Source: Octopus sinensis (Eukaryota). Taken from it: a stretch of DNA of 64,000 nucleotides. The stretch spans positions 40,064,464-40,128,463 of the forward strand of contig NC_043011.1 in assembly GCF_006345805.1 (NCBI RefSeq). The letters run 5' to 3'. Position 1 is the first letter of the stretch. Each line of letters begins with the position of its first letter. Under the pieces are notes generated by a model that did not search any database, was not told the origin of the DNA, and saw nothing but the letters and a program-made list of their open reading frames with translations. Made by a program: the position numbers and the translations under genes. Of this stretch, positions 27,115 through 40,602 are shown piece by piece.

Positions 27115-27408
27115 TCAAATGTACCTTGGATCGCAGGGCAACCTGCTGTGCTTGAGGAGACCTATTGAGTCAAGTACATCAAAATCAAAATGAAAATCAA
27201 ATGGAAATTGTAGTCGTGATACCCGTGCCGGTGGCACATAAAAAGCACCCACAACACTCATGTAGTGCTTGGCATTAGGACGGGCATCCAGCTGTAGAAA
27301 CAATGCCAGATCAAACTGGAGCCTGGTGCAGCCTCCTGGCTTCCCAGACCCCAGCCCAACCCATGCTAGCATGGAAAACGGACGTTAAACAATGATGATG
27401 ATGATGAT
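27115..27408 (+). mobile_element. Retroposon family D with (GAT)n tail
   Basis: Conserved ggcattagga.gggcatccagctgtagaaac...cccatgctagcatggaaaacggacgttaaac-(gat)n. About 15 copies, e.g. 1419-2137-, 4525-4850-, 7080-7590+, 11210-11600-, 18530-18870-, 25100-25445+, 34412-34729+, 37143-37530-, 37815-38234+, 43185-43453+. Confidence 0.8.
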
Positions 27409-27986
27409 ACATTAGACAGTGTAATCTGAATGCTAAGGGGTTAAGGGTAATCCTTGACTATAATAGAAGCACCGGAGGAATACTCAACCAGTTAATACTG
27501 TGATATGAATGGACTGTACTTCTGATTTAAAGTGTGAGTTTTGTTGAATGCAATGTGCAGAGTCATGCCATGGTTATCTGTGATTTGAGGGCTCAAACCC
27601 ATCACACATACTGTGTCATGTTGCGGTGCCTGAAGGCTGTGTCAGGGATTCGAGTGTCTTGCATTGAAGAAATTTCCATAATGCAATGAGCATTTCCAGT
27701 TGATTGGATAGCCTGTTGCATATTGTAGCAGAGGTTTATTTACATTAAAGACACAAATGTCTGTGGAATACTCAGCCGCTTACATTATGATGACACCGTT
27801 GAAGTGTAGTGGCTTATGAGCCTCACTGAAAGCTATGCCTGCAGAGCGAAAGCTTCTAGTAGAAACTCCCATCTTGAATAGGTCAAAGGACAGGGCCAGA
27901 CTGACATGGACCACCTCCTCTCAGAGGTAATAATGGATCTGCATAGAGCCAACACCCTTAGCTTGAAAAAAAAAAAGAAACTAAAG

Positions 27987-28433
27987 TTACAGAAGCATCA
28001 ATGACAATTCAAAACGAACAAGACCTGAGAGAAGATAGCTCAGAGTCGATAATAGAGGGCAACAACTTGTTGGTGGACTTTGCCCCATATAGGGCAAAGG
28101 GCTTAGGTACAGAAACACTGATGACAGTTTAAAACCAACAAAATCTAGGAGAGGATAACCCAGAGTTGAGAACAGTGAAGTTATCAGTGGCCTCTGGTTT
28201 ATAAGGAACCAAACCAACCAGACAGGGGAGAGAACAACCTAGAGTCAAGAACTGTGGAGAAAAATCAACAATAGCCAGTGCTCTACAGGGAGAAAAAGTA
28301 CTTAAATACAAAAGCATTGATGACAATTCAAAAAGAGCTGAGAGGGGACAGCCAAGTGTCAAGAACAGTGAAGGAAAGTTGTTGAGAGTCTATGCTCCAT
28401 ATATATGGAGTGAAGGGCTTAAGTAAGTAAGTA
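27987..28433 (+). mobile_element. Tandem decayed copies of an RTE-type LINE 3' end
   Basis: Roughly 120-bp units starting tacagaagcat(t/c)(g/a)atgacaattcaaaa. Units encode remnants EKIAQSR..LVGGLCP and TAKCQEQ*RKVVESLCS, ending in a gggcttaagtaagtaagt tail. Confidence 0.55.
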
Positions 28434-29348
28434 CAAAATAATGATTTCTATAATGTGTCACAAAGCAGTTCTGCAAGTGGTTGGTGTTAGGAAGGGTATC
28501 TAGCCATAGAAACCATGCCACAACAGACAGTTGGGAGTTTGGAGAGCTCCCTGCTAGCCAGCTCTATGTTAAACAGTCCAACCCATGCCAGCATGGAAAG
28601 CTGACATTAAATGATAATGATGATGATGATGATGATGATGATACAATCTACAAGTTGTTCCAGTTGAGCAAACAGCCAGAACATTCACTGCTGAAATCAA
28701 TGAGAGAACCCACTGACGGTTGCAGCAGAAACTTACGTAAGGACACAAGCTTCTGACGGATACTTAGCCATTTAAGCAATGACACATGCTAAATAGGTAG
28801 AGCCAGCAGCTGAACTACAACAAGAATACTCATTGAGATTATTAGATGTGCTCTAGAGTTTCATTAGTAAGTCTTTTCACAGCAATCATCTCCTGAATAC
28901 ATTTTTGCATGGAAACACACAAGGAAAAAAGAAGAAAATCATAGGGTGCCTACTCTTTTCTTTTCTTCTTGCTCCATCTTGCAAATATTTATCAAGCTCG
29001 AGTTATTGATGTCTGTATTTTTATAGCTGGCTGTCCCTTCATACTGGTAACGGCTGTCACCATGAAAAGGAAATGGCATCTGTTGTGCAAGAGGGCTAGG
29101 AAAAGTAAGCCACAAAGTTAATTTAGTATGGCACCATAAAATGAAGTTTGACCAAGTAACTACTTATGTGGTCAAGATTTAGTCAAATACATTTTCCTGA
29201 AGTGGAAAACTAGTGTATTGTTTCTTTATTGTAGTATAGTTAGAAACACACACACACGTATGTATATATATGCATACACACACACACACAAATATAGTTC
29301 CGTATCTTTACTAATGCAGTGTTTTAAAAGACAAAGGTGGTCTTCTCA

Positions 29349-29402
<54 letters not shown>

Positions 29403-31764
29403 TATATATATGTGCAGACACACACAGAGTTATAAGTGATGAAAATATATTTAACCTCATAAATACATCATAAGCGTACTATTTCTTCATTATAGGATAG
29501 AAACACACACGGATACATGCATACAATTATAAAGGCAATATTTTTAAAGGCATAAGTGTGTGTGTGTGTGCACGCACACACACACCCCATTTATAAGTTC
29601 TGGAAATATATGTAACGATAAACTACCCAGCTCAAATATCTCTGGGTGGGGCAATGAAATTAAGTGCCTAAGTTTGAGGTTTAGGTAACAGTATTAAGTT
29701 TAGGGTTTAGATACAAACCGTTACAGACTTGAGTTCTTGGAAATATCTTAATGTATATAAATATAACAAGAAAATGGGGGAGTGGGGATTTAAGGGTAGT
29801 GGGGTAGTGGTGTGGGTCGCAGTCTCACTAATAAATTGCATCAAAGAAAAGATACAACTGTCAGCCTCAGCTCTCTTGGTAAACTATGATTCAAGCATTT
29901 GGTTGCTGTGCTTTTGTGCTATATATTTTAGCTTTTATTTTTTAAGGTACATGTGTAGCTGTGCGGGAAGAAGCTTGCTTCCTAACCACATGGTTCTGGG
30001 TTCAAGTTCCACTTGGGCAAGTGTCTTCTACTATAGCCTTGGGCTGACAAAAGCCTTGTGAGTGGATTTGGTAGACGGAAATTGAAAGAAGCCCATTGTG
30101 TGTGTGTATGTGTGTGTGTGTGTGTATGTGTGTGTGTATGTATGTGTGTGTGTATGTATGTATGTGTGTGTGTATCTGTATCTGTGTCTGTGTCTCTGTC
30201 CCCACCACCAACGCTTGACAGCCAATGTTGGTGCATTTACGTTCCGGTAACTTAGCGGTTCTGCAAAAAGAGACCAATACAATAAGTACTAAGCTTACAG
30301 AGAATAAGTCCTGGGGTCAATTTGTTAGACTAAAAGCGGTGCTCTAGCATGGCCGCACTCAAATTACTGAAACAAGTAAAAGAATAAAAGAATGACACAA
30401 AATTTGGTTGAACGGATCACTGCTCCCTACTTAATAAGAGATACATATAGATAGGGATCTACACGATAAAACCCCTATTAACTATTACAGATTAAATGGT
30501 ATGAGATACAAGAAAGACAAACACACACATACAGAGTAAAGATGCACAAGCATATCTAAGTGTCATACAAAAGAATGACTTTGTTCTGCTGAGTCCGTGA
30601 AGGAGCTTCTATGATTATTCAATTTGCTAGAAACAGCAACAAATTTTCCTCATATATTAAATACCCTGCCATCTTCAAATTAATTAGGAAAAGAAGAACA
30701 GGAGGCCATGTCTTGCTACAAATAATTACTACACAAATACTACAGTATTAAACTACCATAATATTGTTTCTTACATAGGTTCTATCCTGAAACATTTACC
30801 GAAGTCAATAAACCAAAATGAATAAATTTCAGATGAGAATTAAAGTCAGGCCACAAATAATACAAATAAAGTCATATAGCAGTGAAATAACACCGATATA
30901 CATATATGTATATTTATTGAGTCAGAAAACAGGGAGATCTAACTCAATAAAAATGTTTGATATCTTAGGATATTCTATATAATATATTCATTGAAGAATT
31001 ATCTCTTCAAAATATAATGTATTAAACCAGTGTATCTTGGATAAAGTCTGAATAACCTCATTGTGACAATATATATATATATATATATATATCTGGTCAC
31101 AATGAGGATATTCAGACTTCTTATAGGAATATATATATATATATATATAAAGGTGGCGAGCTGGCTGAAATGCTTAGCAGTATTTCTCCTGTCTTTACGT
31201 TCTGAGTTCAAATTCTGACGAGGTCGACTTATCCTTTTGTCCTTTAAGTACCATTTGCATATGGGGTTGGTCTAATTGACTGCCCCACTCCCCCTAAATT
31301 TCTGGCCTTGTGCATAGAGTAGAAAAGAGTGCAATCCAGATGCATCCTTATCTGTCTCCACTCCTATCTTTTCTCTAATCAAAGAATCTTCTTCCAGTGT
31401 TTGATACCTTACCTCATCTTGGCCTAATGGCTCTCCCTGTTTGTCTTTGTTTCATCTGGTTTGTTGTATGTCCTGTTTTTGTTACTAATTTTGACCCTCC
31501 ATAAATCCCAAATTTATTTTGGTCTGTAGGAGCAACTAACTTCAAAGTCTTATATTGTTGTTCATGGCTAGAAATAAGGAGTAGATGAACAGCTGACAAC
31601 TGATGAAGGGTCGTTTTTTATGATACTTGTCTTGTTTTCCATTTGTTTCTCTCATTCTTTGCACACCCAACTTTATTTTTGTATTTCATGTTGTTTATGT
31701 TTTATGACATCCTCTACCCATATATGCATATATACATACATATGGACATATATGTATGTATATA

Positions 31765-31825
<61 letters not shown>

Positions 31826-32020
31826 TTACATACATATAAGAGGGAATTACCACTATGTGGAAACCCTTACGCTAGAAGCAGATCCGCTATGGTCTTACCA
31901 CTAAGAATTGTTCTCTAGAAAATTTAGCAAACACCAGAAACGTAAGCGAGCAAGACAAATAAAAAGTATACATATGGACATATATGTATGTATATACGCA
32001 TATATATATATATATATATA

Positions 32021-32641
32021 TAGTATTACATACATATAAGAGGGAATTACCACTATGTGGAAACCCTTACGCTAGAAGCAGATCCGCTATGGTCTTACCA
32101 CTAAGAATTGTTCTCTAGAAAATTTAGCAAACACCAGAAACGTAAGCGAGCAAGACAAATAAAAAGTAACAAAAATATAGATTAATCATAAACAAATGTT
32201 TCACTATCAACAAATTACATAATTTCACTTACGCAATTTATCTGTAGATCTTCAGTATGATCGTCCATACAAATATAATTTGCAGAACTACACACCAGAC
32301 ATCAACAAGAGGTCGAATATATATGCAGTTCTACCTATTACACTTGTGGTTATTTTTCAAAAGTCTTCGTATTGGCATGCTAAATTACCGGAAATAATAC
32401 TGCATAAAATAATTTACTGCAGTAGCCCTAGCCGGTTTGAGAACATATCAATTTAAAATTAAAATTAAAATGAGGCTGAAAAATTGGATATTAATTTGAT
32501 AACATCAATTTAACACCAGTGGTCTAGCTGGTGTTTGCTAAATTTTCTAGAGAACAATTCTTAGTGATAAGACCATAGCAGATTTTCTAGCGTAAGGGTT
32601 TCCACATAGTGGTAATTCCCTCTTATATGTATGTAATACTA
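32021..32641. mobile_element. Foldback/MITE-like element with about 115-bp terminal inverted repeats
   Basis: 32021-32137 is the near-exact reverse complement of 32528-32641; an extra tandem copy of the left arm lies at 31821-31968. Confidence 0.8.
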
Positions 32642-33165
32642 TTTACTGAACCTCAGTTTTTTAATATGCTAGACCGCTGGTGTTAAATCTTTAATATGCT
32701 AGACCCCTGGTGAGTGGATGCGGTAGATGGAAACTGAAAGAAGCCCATCATGTATGTGTGTGTCCACCACCACCACCACCACTTGACAACCAGTGTTAGA
32801 GTGTTTATTTACATTACTGGTGTAACTTAGTGGTTCAGCAAAATGATCTGATAAAATAAGTACCAAACCTAAAAAGAATAGTATTTGGGTCAATTCATTC
32901 AACTAAAAGTTCTTCAAGGCAATGCCCCAGCATGGCCACAGTCTAATGACTGAAACAAGTAAGAGATAAAAGATGTGTGCATGTGTGTGGGTGTGTGTGA
33001 TGTGTATGTATGTATGTGTGTCTGCATGTGAGTATGTGTATGCATGCATGTGTGTCTGCATCAGTATGTGTATGTGTGTCTTCATGTGAGTGTGTGCATG
33101 TGTGTGTAAATACATTTATATTGAAATAGAGCAAGAATGAGAAGCAATGAAGGGAACAAGGATAG

Positions 33166-33198
<33 letters not shown>

Positions 33199-35179
33199 TA
33201 AAAGAGTTGGGGTGGGGGAGAGTATCCCCCCTCCCGGAGAGGATTTACTTGACTTAATGTGCTCTGACTGATGGTGATGAAAATAAAAAAAGTGCCCCTC
33301 CTTCATCATAGAGATTATAAATAAATAACTAGAACAGGGCTGTTTAGGACAGACAGAGAGAAATATTAAGGAGCAAGTCGAAGACTGGGAAGGGAGACAA
33401 AAGGGGGAGGAGAGGCTGTTAAAGTCTGATGAACAAGAAAGTTATACCCCACCACCACACCCACTTCTGCTCACAGATGACTGGCTGAACCAGATACCAG
33501 CCTGCATTCCTTCTCTCTCCTAGTTTTGAAGAAAAGAAGCTTCTTTATACCAGAGACTGATCTGGGTCTGAGTCTGAGATTAGTCTGGTTTGTAGCCGAG
33601 GCAGTCATGTTTTGATGGTGTCGTGCTTAAGCAAGGTTCTCGGTATTACTTGGTGAGCAAGCAGGCCGGTGCTGACTGATATTGGGATTACTACTGCACT
33701 CGTCTCACCTTAAACTTCACATCATTGGGTTGACATCTGTTCTTTTTTCTGTATACAACACATTAATAAAAAAAAAAAAAAGGGGCTGGCGTTTCAAAGG
33801 ATATTGTCTGTTGGGTGTTTTAGTTTTTCTAAACAGCTGGGTGAATTTTCTTAATGCTTTTTTGATGCACCTTTCACATGTGTAAATAGGCAGGAACACA
33901 CATGCTTGCATTTATGTATATATGCACACAAATGTATATATATATGTAATTATGTATGTATGTGGTATACACAGGTACATATGTATATGTGTGCATGGGC
34001 ACACAAATGTATATGTGTGCATGGGTACATACATGTATGTATATATGGGTACACATGTGTTTGTGTGTGTGTATACACACACGTATATGGGCACACATAT
34101 GTATGCATGTATGTATGTGTGTGTATATACAAATATATATATATAAACACTTATATCTACATACGCATATTTTTTTCTCTCCTTCTTTCTGTGTTTTTTC
34201 TCTGTGTACCTTTCTATTGAAGAGCGTAGGCTCGAAACGTTAAAGACTTGTTTTATTTATATTTCCTGAGCGCCATACTAATACAATTGTTTGTTTGTAT
34301 TCCGTAAACCTGCCTTCGTTTTTTGTCTATTTTCATAAAGCTTCCCGTTATATACATACACACATGTATACACATATATACATACACACAAGTATACACA
34401 TATATATACTAACTGGTGGCATGTAAAAAGGATCATTCGAGTGTGGTTGTTGCCAGTGCCGCCTGACTGCTTCCCAACCCAGTGACACGTAAAAAGCACC
34501 ATTCAAGTGTGGTCGATATCAGTACCGCCTGATGGGACCTTGTGCCGGTGGTGCATAAACAGCACCTACTACACTTTCAGAGTGGTTGGCATTTGGAGTG
34601 GCATCTAGCTGTAGAAACTTTGCCAGATTAGATTGGATCCTGGTACAGCCTTCTGGCTTGCCAATCCTTAGTCAAACCGTCCAACCCATGCCAGCATGGA
34701 AATTGGATGTTAAACGGCGATGATGATGATATATACACACCCACACGTATATGTGTGTGTGTGTATATATATATATATGAGTAAGCATGTGCGTTGTGTG
34801 TATTTTGTTGGGTAAGTGCTAAGCAGGTTTTAATTTGCACCAAGCAGTATTTCATTTCACCTGGTAAAAGTCAAGTGGGATAGGCAAGAGTGCAGATCTT
34901 ATAAATAACCCATCATCCTTAAGTCAATAAAGAAGATCCCCCATCGATACAGCACGATGGATATTGAGAGGTCAACTAGTAGTTTACCTATTTATCATGC
35001 AAATGTGATAAAAAAATATATAGATGCGAATATATTTGCTGTTCAGTGTACACCGTTGCCTGTCTCTTAAAGTTTCTGGCACTTTAAATAAGCTACCATA
35101 TGTAATGGCCTATTAACACATTTTTCTTTTCTCCCCAAAAATGTCACAAAAAGGAAAAAAAACCTATAATTCTGGCTCC

Positions 35180-35807
35180 TTGGTGTGGCTGTGTAGTAAG
35201 TAGCTTGTTTTCTAACTGCGTGGTTCCAAGTTCAGTCCCACTGTATAGCACCTTAAACAAGTATCTTCTACTATAGTCCTAAGTCAACCAAAGCTTTGCA
35301 AGTGAATTTGGGAGATGGAACCTGAGAGAAGCCCATCACACACACACACACACATATATGTTTATGTGTGTGTGGCGTATGGGTTTGTCTTTGTGTCTGT
35401 GTTGGCTCGCCAGCACTGCTAGACAACCAATGTTGGTGTGTTTACTTCCCTGTCACTTAGCAGAAGAGACCAATAGAATACGTACCAAAAAAAAAAAAGA
35501 GTACTAGGGTCCATTTGTTTGAGCAAAAATTGTTCAAGGCAGTGCTCCGGCATGGCCACAGTCAAATAACTCAAACAAGTAAAAGGTAAAGATACATGCA
35601 AAGTTGGACCTCTTTCCTCTTTTACTTGTCTCAGTCATTTGACTGTGGCCATGCTGGAGTACTGCAAATCAACCCCAGAACTTATTCTTTGGAAGCCTAG
35701 TACTTATTCTATCAGTCTCTTTTGCCGAACTGCTAAGTTACGGAGACGTAAACACACCATCATTGGTTGTCAAGCAATGTTGGGGGGACAAACACAGACA
35801 CACAAAC

Positions 35808-35838
<31 letters not shown>

Positions 35839-36005
35839 TATGACGGGCTTCTTTCAGTTTCTATCTACCAAATCCACTCACAAGGCTTTGTCAGCCCGAG
35901 TCTATAGTAGAAGACACTTGCCCAAGGTGCCACGCAGTGGGACTGAACCCAGAACCATGTGGTTCGTAAGCAAGCTATTTACTTACCATACAGCTACTTC
36001 TATGC
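35180..36005. mobile_element. Two family-A SINEs tail-to-tail (35180-35590 +, 35615-36005 -)
   Basis: Both carry the family-A head, core and tail, in opposite orientation, with about 25 bp between the tails. Confidence 0.8.
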
Positions 36006-39000
36006 CTATATTACATTCTTTAATGCACTAAACACATTTTCTTTTTTGAATATACATTGCTGAAATTGGGATGCATCAGAAAGGAGGGACAGTACCCATC
36101 AACTTCTATAGGGCCCAAGACTAGTAGAAGGGAGAGATTAAGATATTTTCAAACTGAAAAAGCTGGCTTGAATGCTTGTAGCCAAATAAATCCCATTAAA
36201 ATGCTTGTAGCTGAATAATTCTATTAAAGGACCAGGTGTTGTTGCTGAGGCCATGGAAGGACTTTAAATTCAGAATTGAAAGGGTTGAAACAAATACCAC
36301 AAGGCACCCAGTCCAATGCTCCAACGATTCCACCAGTATACCACACAAAGCTGGTGCTATATTAATTGACCTTAGAAAGATAAAAGACAAAACTGACTTC
36401 AGAGGGATTTGAACTCGGAATGTTAAAATATTTTGTGTATTGCAGAAGTATAAACAATTTATTGTAGATAAATTTCAACAACAAAATCTTATATGGACCC
36501 TAAAGGGCCATATGGACTCTAGTTGAGAACCACTGAATTAGAGCTACCAGCATTCTGCTGGCCTAAGTTCCACACTGGTACCATCATACCCCTTCTGGAT
36601 TTTAATAAAAAAACAATGTTTTTGCTATTTAACTGTATCTGCTATGAAAACATCCGAGTAAATTTGTTTGCCAGTAGGGCTCCAACCATCTATAATCAGC
36701 TGGTTTGGTTTTCAGACTGTTCCATCACAGCAGGTGTTGACAGGGCCCTCTCTTTATCTCCGTTACATAACCTATTAACTTCAGTGTGCATAAAGTTTCA
36801 GTTCTGTCTTCTCACAGTTCCTTCTCTACATCAAAAACCTATTTCCACTTACTTCCAAACAGCCACACACTCTCTACGTAGTATCACCTCCCGCCCTTCG
36901 TTCTTTGATGACCTTTCCTCATGGGGACATCATCCACATGTAAACTTGACGCCCTTGCATCTGATATGTTTTACTTCCATAAACCAAGACCTTGAATGCA
37001 TCCTCCAATAGTGACACAAGAGTTTGCCTCAGCCAAACTATAACAAAATTACTATTGCATTGCCTATAAAAGAAAACACTGAATGACATACACTTTCTAT
37101 TCATGCCAAATGTCTGACTAAAGAAGCCCATTGTATTATATATCATCATCGTCTAACATCCGTTTTCCATGCTAGCATGGGTTGGATGGTTCGACCAGGG
37201 TCTGGGAAGCCAGGAGGCTGCACCAGGCTCCAGTCTAATCTGGCAGTGTTTCTACAGCTGGATGCCCTTCCTAACGCCAACCTCTCCGTGAGTGTAGTGG
37301 GTTCTTTTTACGTGCCACTGGCACAGGTGCCAGGGGAGGCTGGCAACAGCCATGATCGGTTGGCACTTTTTATGTGCCACTGGCACGGAAGCCAGTCAAG
37401 GTGGCGCTGGCATCGGGCATGTACGAATGATGCTTTTTACATGCCACCGGCACAGGTATCACAACTACAATTTCCATTTGATGCTTTGATGTTGATGTAC
37501 CTGACTTAATAGGTCTCCTCAAGCACAGCAGGTCGCCCTACGATATATATATATATATGCATTTGTGTTATGTTTATCCCCCAGCACCAACTGACAACTG
37601 GTGTTGGCTTGTTTCCATCCTTGTAACTTGGTGGTACAGCAAAAGAGACAGAACAAGTTCCAGGCTTTAAAAAAAAAAGAAAAAAAAAGTACTGTGATCG
37701 ATTCATTGAACTGAAACTCTTCAGTATGGCTGTAGTCTAATGATGAAAGATAAATAACCAGAAGAAAGTTCACAAATACAATTAGATCTCACAATCTCTA
37801 ATGAGCCTTCCTTTCACAGTGGCCATATATCAGTGATATGCTGTGCTTGCGAAGACCTGTTAAGCCAAGTGAAACCATAGTTATGGCCAATGCCAGTATC
37901 CCGTAACTGGCACCCTTTGAACTTTGGGCCTCAAGGAGGTAGTGACAAATTACTGAGACCACTGACAATATATCGCGCTTGAGAAGACCCATCAAGCCAA
38001 GTGATATTTCAGTTGTGGCCAATGTCAGTATTTCGTAACTGGCACCTGTGCTGGTGGCATGTAAAAAAAGCACCCACTATACTCTTAGAGTGGGTGGCAT
38101 TAAGAAGGGCATCCAGCTGTAGCAACCATGCCAAATCAGATTGGAACCTGGTGCAGCTCTCCAATTTACCAGTTTTCAGTCAAACTGTCCAATCCATGTC
38201 AGTATAGAAAACGGACGTATAACGATGATGATGATATACAGCCAAGCCTGCATCTCAAAAACTTCATGTCCATTACGGGGTCAGATATAGCTTCAGACAA
38301 TTGCTGGATCTATATAAGAGAGAGGTATTACTCACGTAACTTGGAGATTGCTACTACAACCATATACGCATTAAAAAAAGAAAAAGAGTAAAGACCCCTT
38401 TGGATCATGAATGACCATGTGATGCACCTAGAAAGTCCCCCTCCAAGGCACAAGTCTGGGCACGGTTGTTTGTGGAAGACCAGCAGCTGTCCATGCATGC
38501 CAGCCTCCACTCTCCATGCCACCAATGTTATCCAAGGGAAGGAAAAAGGCTGATACAGCTTGGCATGAGGGACATTGCAACTCATTTCTACAACTGAGTG
38601 AACTGGAGCAATGTGAAATAAAGTGTCTTGCTCAAGAACACAACATAGCGTCTGATCCAATAACTGAACTCACCACCTCATGGTTGTGAGCCCAACACTC
38701 TAACCACTGAGCCATGTGCTTTCACACATATATATACATACATATATGCATTCAAAAGGGAGGCCACTCAATTGCTCAACAAGCCTTACACAACAACCAT
38801 TGACATGTTGCAACCAGTGACGCGTTACAACCACTAACACAACACAACTGCTAATATACTACAACAGATGACATGCACAGCCACTGATATAAAGTAGCAA
38901 CTAGACATCTTTGCTAAGGTGGGAAAACCACCATCCAACATAGGTTTACTTTATCAAGGTGACCTTGGGCTAAATATCGAGGATAACATCCTGGGAGTGT

Positions 39001-39615
39001 GAATCCTTCTAGGGAAATGAATACTGCTACAAACTCCACAAATTGCTAAAAATAATAAATCTTCCTCAATATACACCCTACTTCAGATAATGTAATTCCT
39101 CACACACTCCATGAAATAAAATAAAAAATTTAAAAAAACCCCCAGCTAGAAAGCTTTTTGTTATAGGTCTACTTGGAAAGGGCCGATCTGTTGCTAAACA
39201 TTTCCGAAAAGACAGGAATGGTCATGGTTGAAACGCACTTGATCAGGCTGACTTGGAGCCAAACACCAGCAGCAGCAACAATGTCATCAACTGGCAGTGA
39301 TGAAGAAGGAAGTTTGGTTGGGCCTGTTAAATCAATGTGTACTGCTACCTACTCGACAAACAAAGATGCAAGAATTCATGTGCAAAAGTAATGTTTATAA
39401 AATATGTCTGTCATTTATCACACAGCTTGGCTAAATACATTTTAAGCATATAAATAGGCTTTTAACATTAAACATGTTTTCACATACCGAATGAACTGTT
39501 TAGCTATCGGATGTATGGCATTCCGAATAACAGTGTAAATGCGCTGTGCATGTATATGGGTGGCATCTGTTATGTGAAGAGTATGTATAACACTTGACAC
39601 ACATATCTATATATC

Positions 39616-39646
<31 letters not shown>

Positions 39647-40371
39647 ATTAAGAGCTGTGTGCTTGAATTTTTCTAATCCCCTCGAATATCGTGGCAGCAT
39701 GAAACAAGAGATTTATGAAGAGAGAGAGAGAGGCAGGCAGGCAGAGAGGCTGGAAGTTGTGATGCTCATGCATATCTACAAAGAACTGATAATGCCAACT
39801 GAAATGGTTTCCCTTATGAACCAAAAAATGACTTAAATATTGTCATGGCATGAAGTTAGACACTTTTAAATGGAAAGGCAATGAGAATTAATCGTCATCC
39901 TTGTTGTTTTCATGTTTACTTCTCCATGTTTGTATGAGTCAAATGCAATTCACAGAGAGAGAAATTTTCTAGAAAGAGACGCCCTTCCTGGTTTCCATAG
40001 AACAAAGGACATGAATAACACCAGCCATCTACATCCATCATACAATGTTAATCCTTTAGCATTCGGATTTATCTGTCAAATGTAATGTTTATTTAGTCAC
40101 ACTGACATGATTTAGTCATGCATCACCACATAGCTTTGAAATTTTAATGATGTAATTGTTTATTTTTAGAATGATATTGTAGGGTAAGTGTAAGAGGTTG
40201 TATCTAGCCAGTTTGAAGATAAAACACATAGATTATTTTGGCCAGATATAGCAAAGTTTAAATGCCAAAGGGTAAGACAAGGATACACAAGCACTCCTCT
40301 TCCCACCATGGGTTTGGGAAGCAAACATCTTAAGCACACAGCCATGACTACACCTATATGTGGGGACCATA

Positions 40372-40602
40372 GGCGGTGAGCTGGCAGAAACGTTAGCGCG
40401 CCGGGCGAAATGCGTAGCCGTATTTCATCAGTCGTTACGTTCCGAGTTCAAATTCCGCCGAGGTCGACTTTGCCTTTCATCCTTTCGGGGTCGATAAATT
40501 AAGTACCAGTTAAGCACTGGGGTCGATGTAATCGACTTAATCCGTTTGTCGGTCCTTGTTTGTCCCCTCTGTGTTTAGCTCCTTGTGGGTAGTAAAGAAA
40601 TA
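40372..40602 (+). mobile_element. Young tRNA-derived SINE with Meta-domain-like core (family B)
   Basis: B box gagttcaaattcc; core gcctttcatcctttcggggtcgataaattaagtaccag; CpGs intact; 15-bp TSD tatatgtggggacca (40355-40369 / 40603-40617). Confidence 0.88.

Noticed and set aside
31585-31631. gacaa-CTGATGA-aggg...ttgtc hammerhead-like motif (weaker ones near 1005 and 46960-47000)
   Set aside because: GAAA or CUGANGA box missing; too degenerate to call.
39173-39391. Coding-looking short ORF (MSSTGSDEEGSLVGPVK...)
   Set aside because: Too short, no recognisable family and no supported splice structure.
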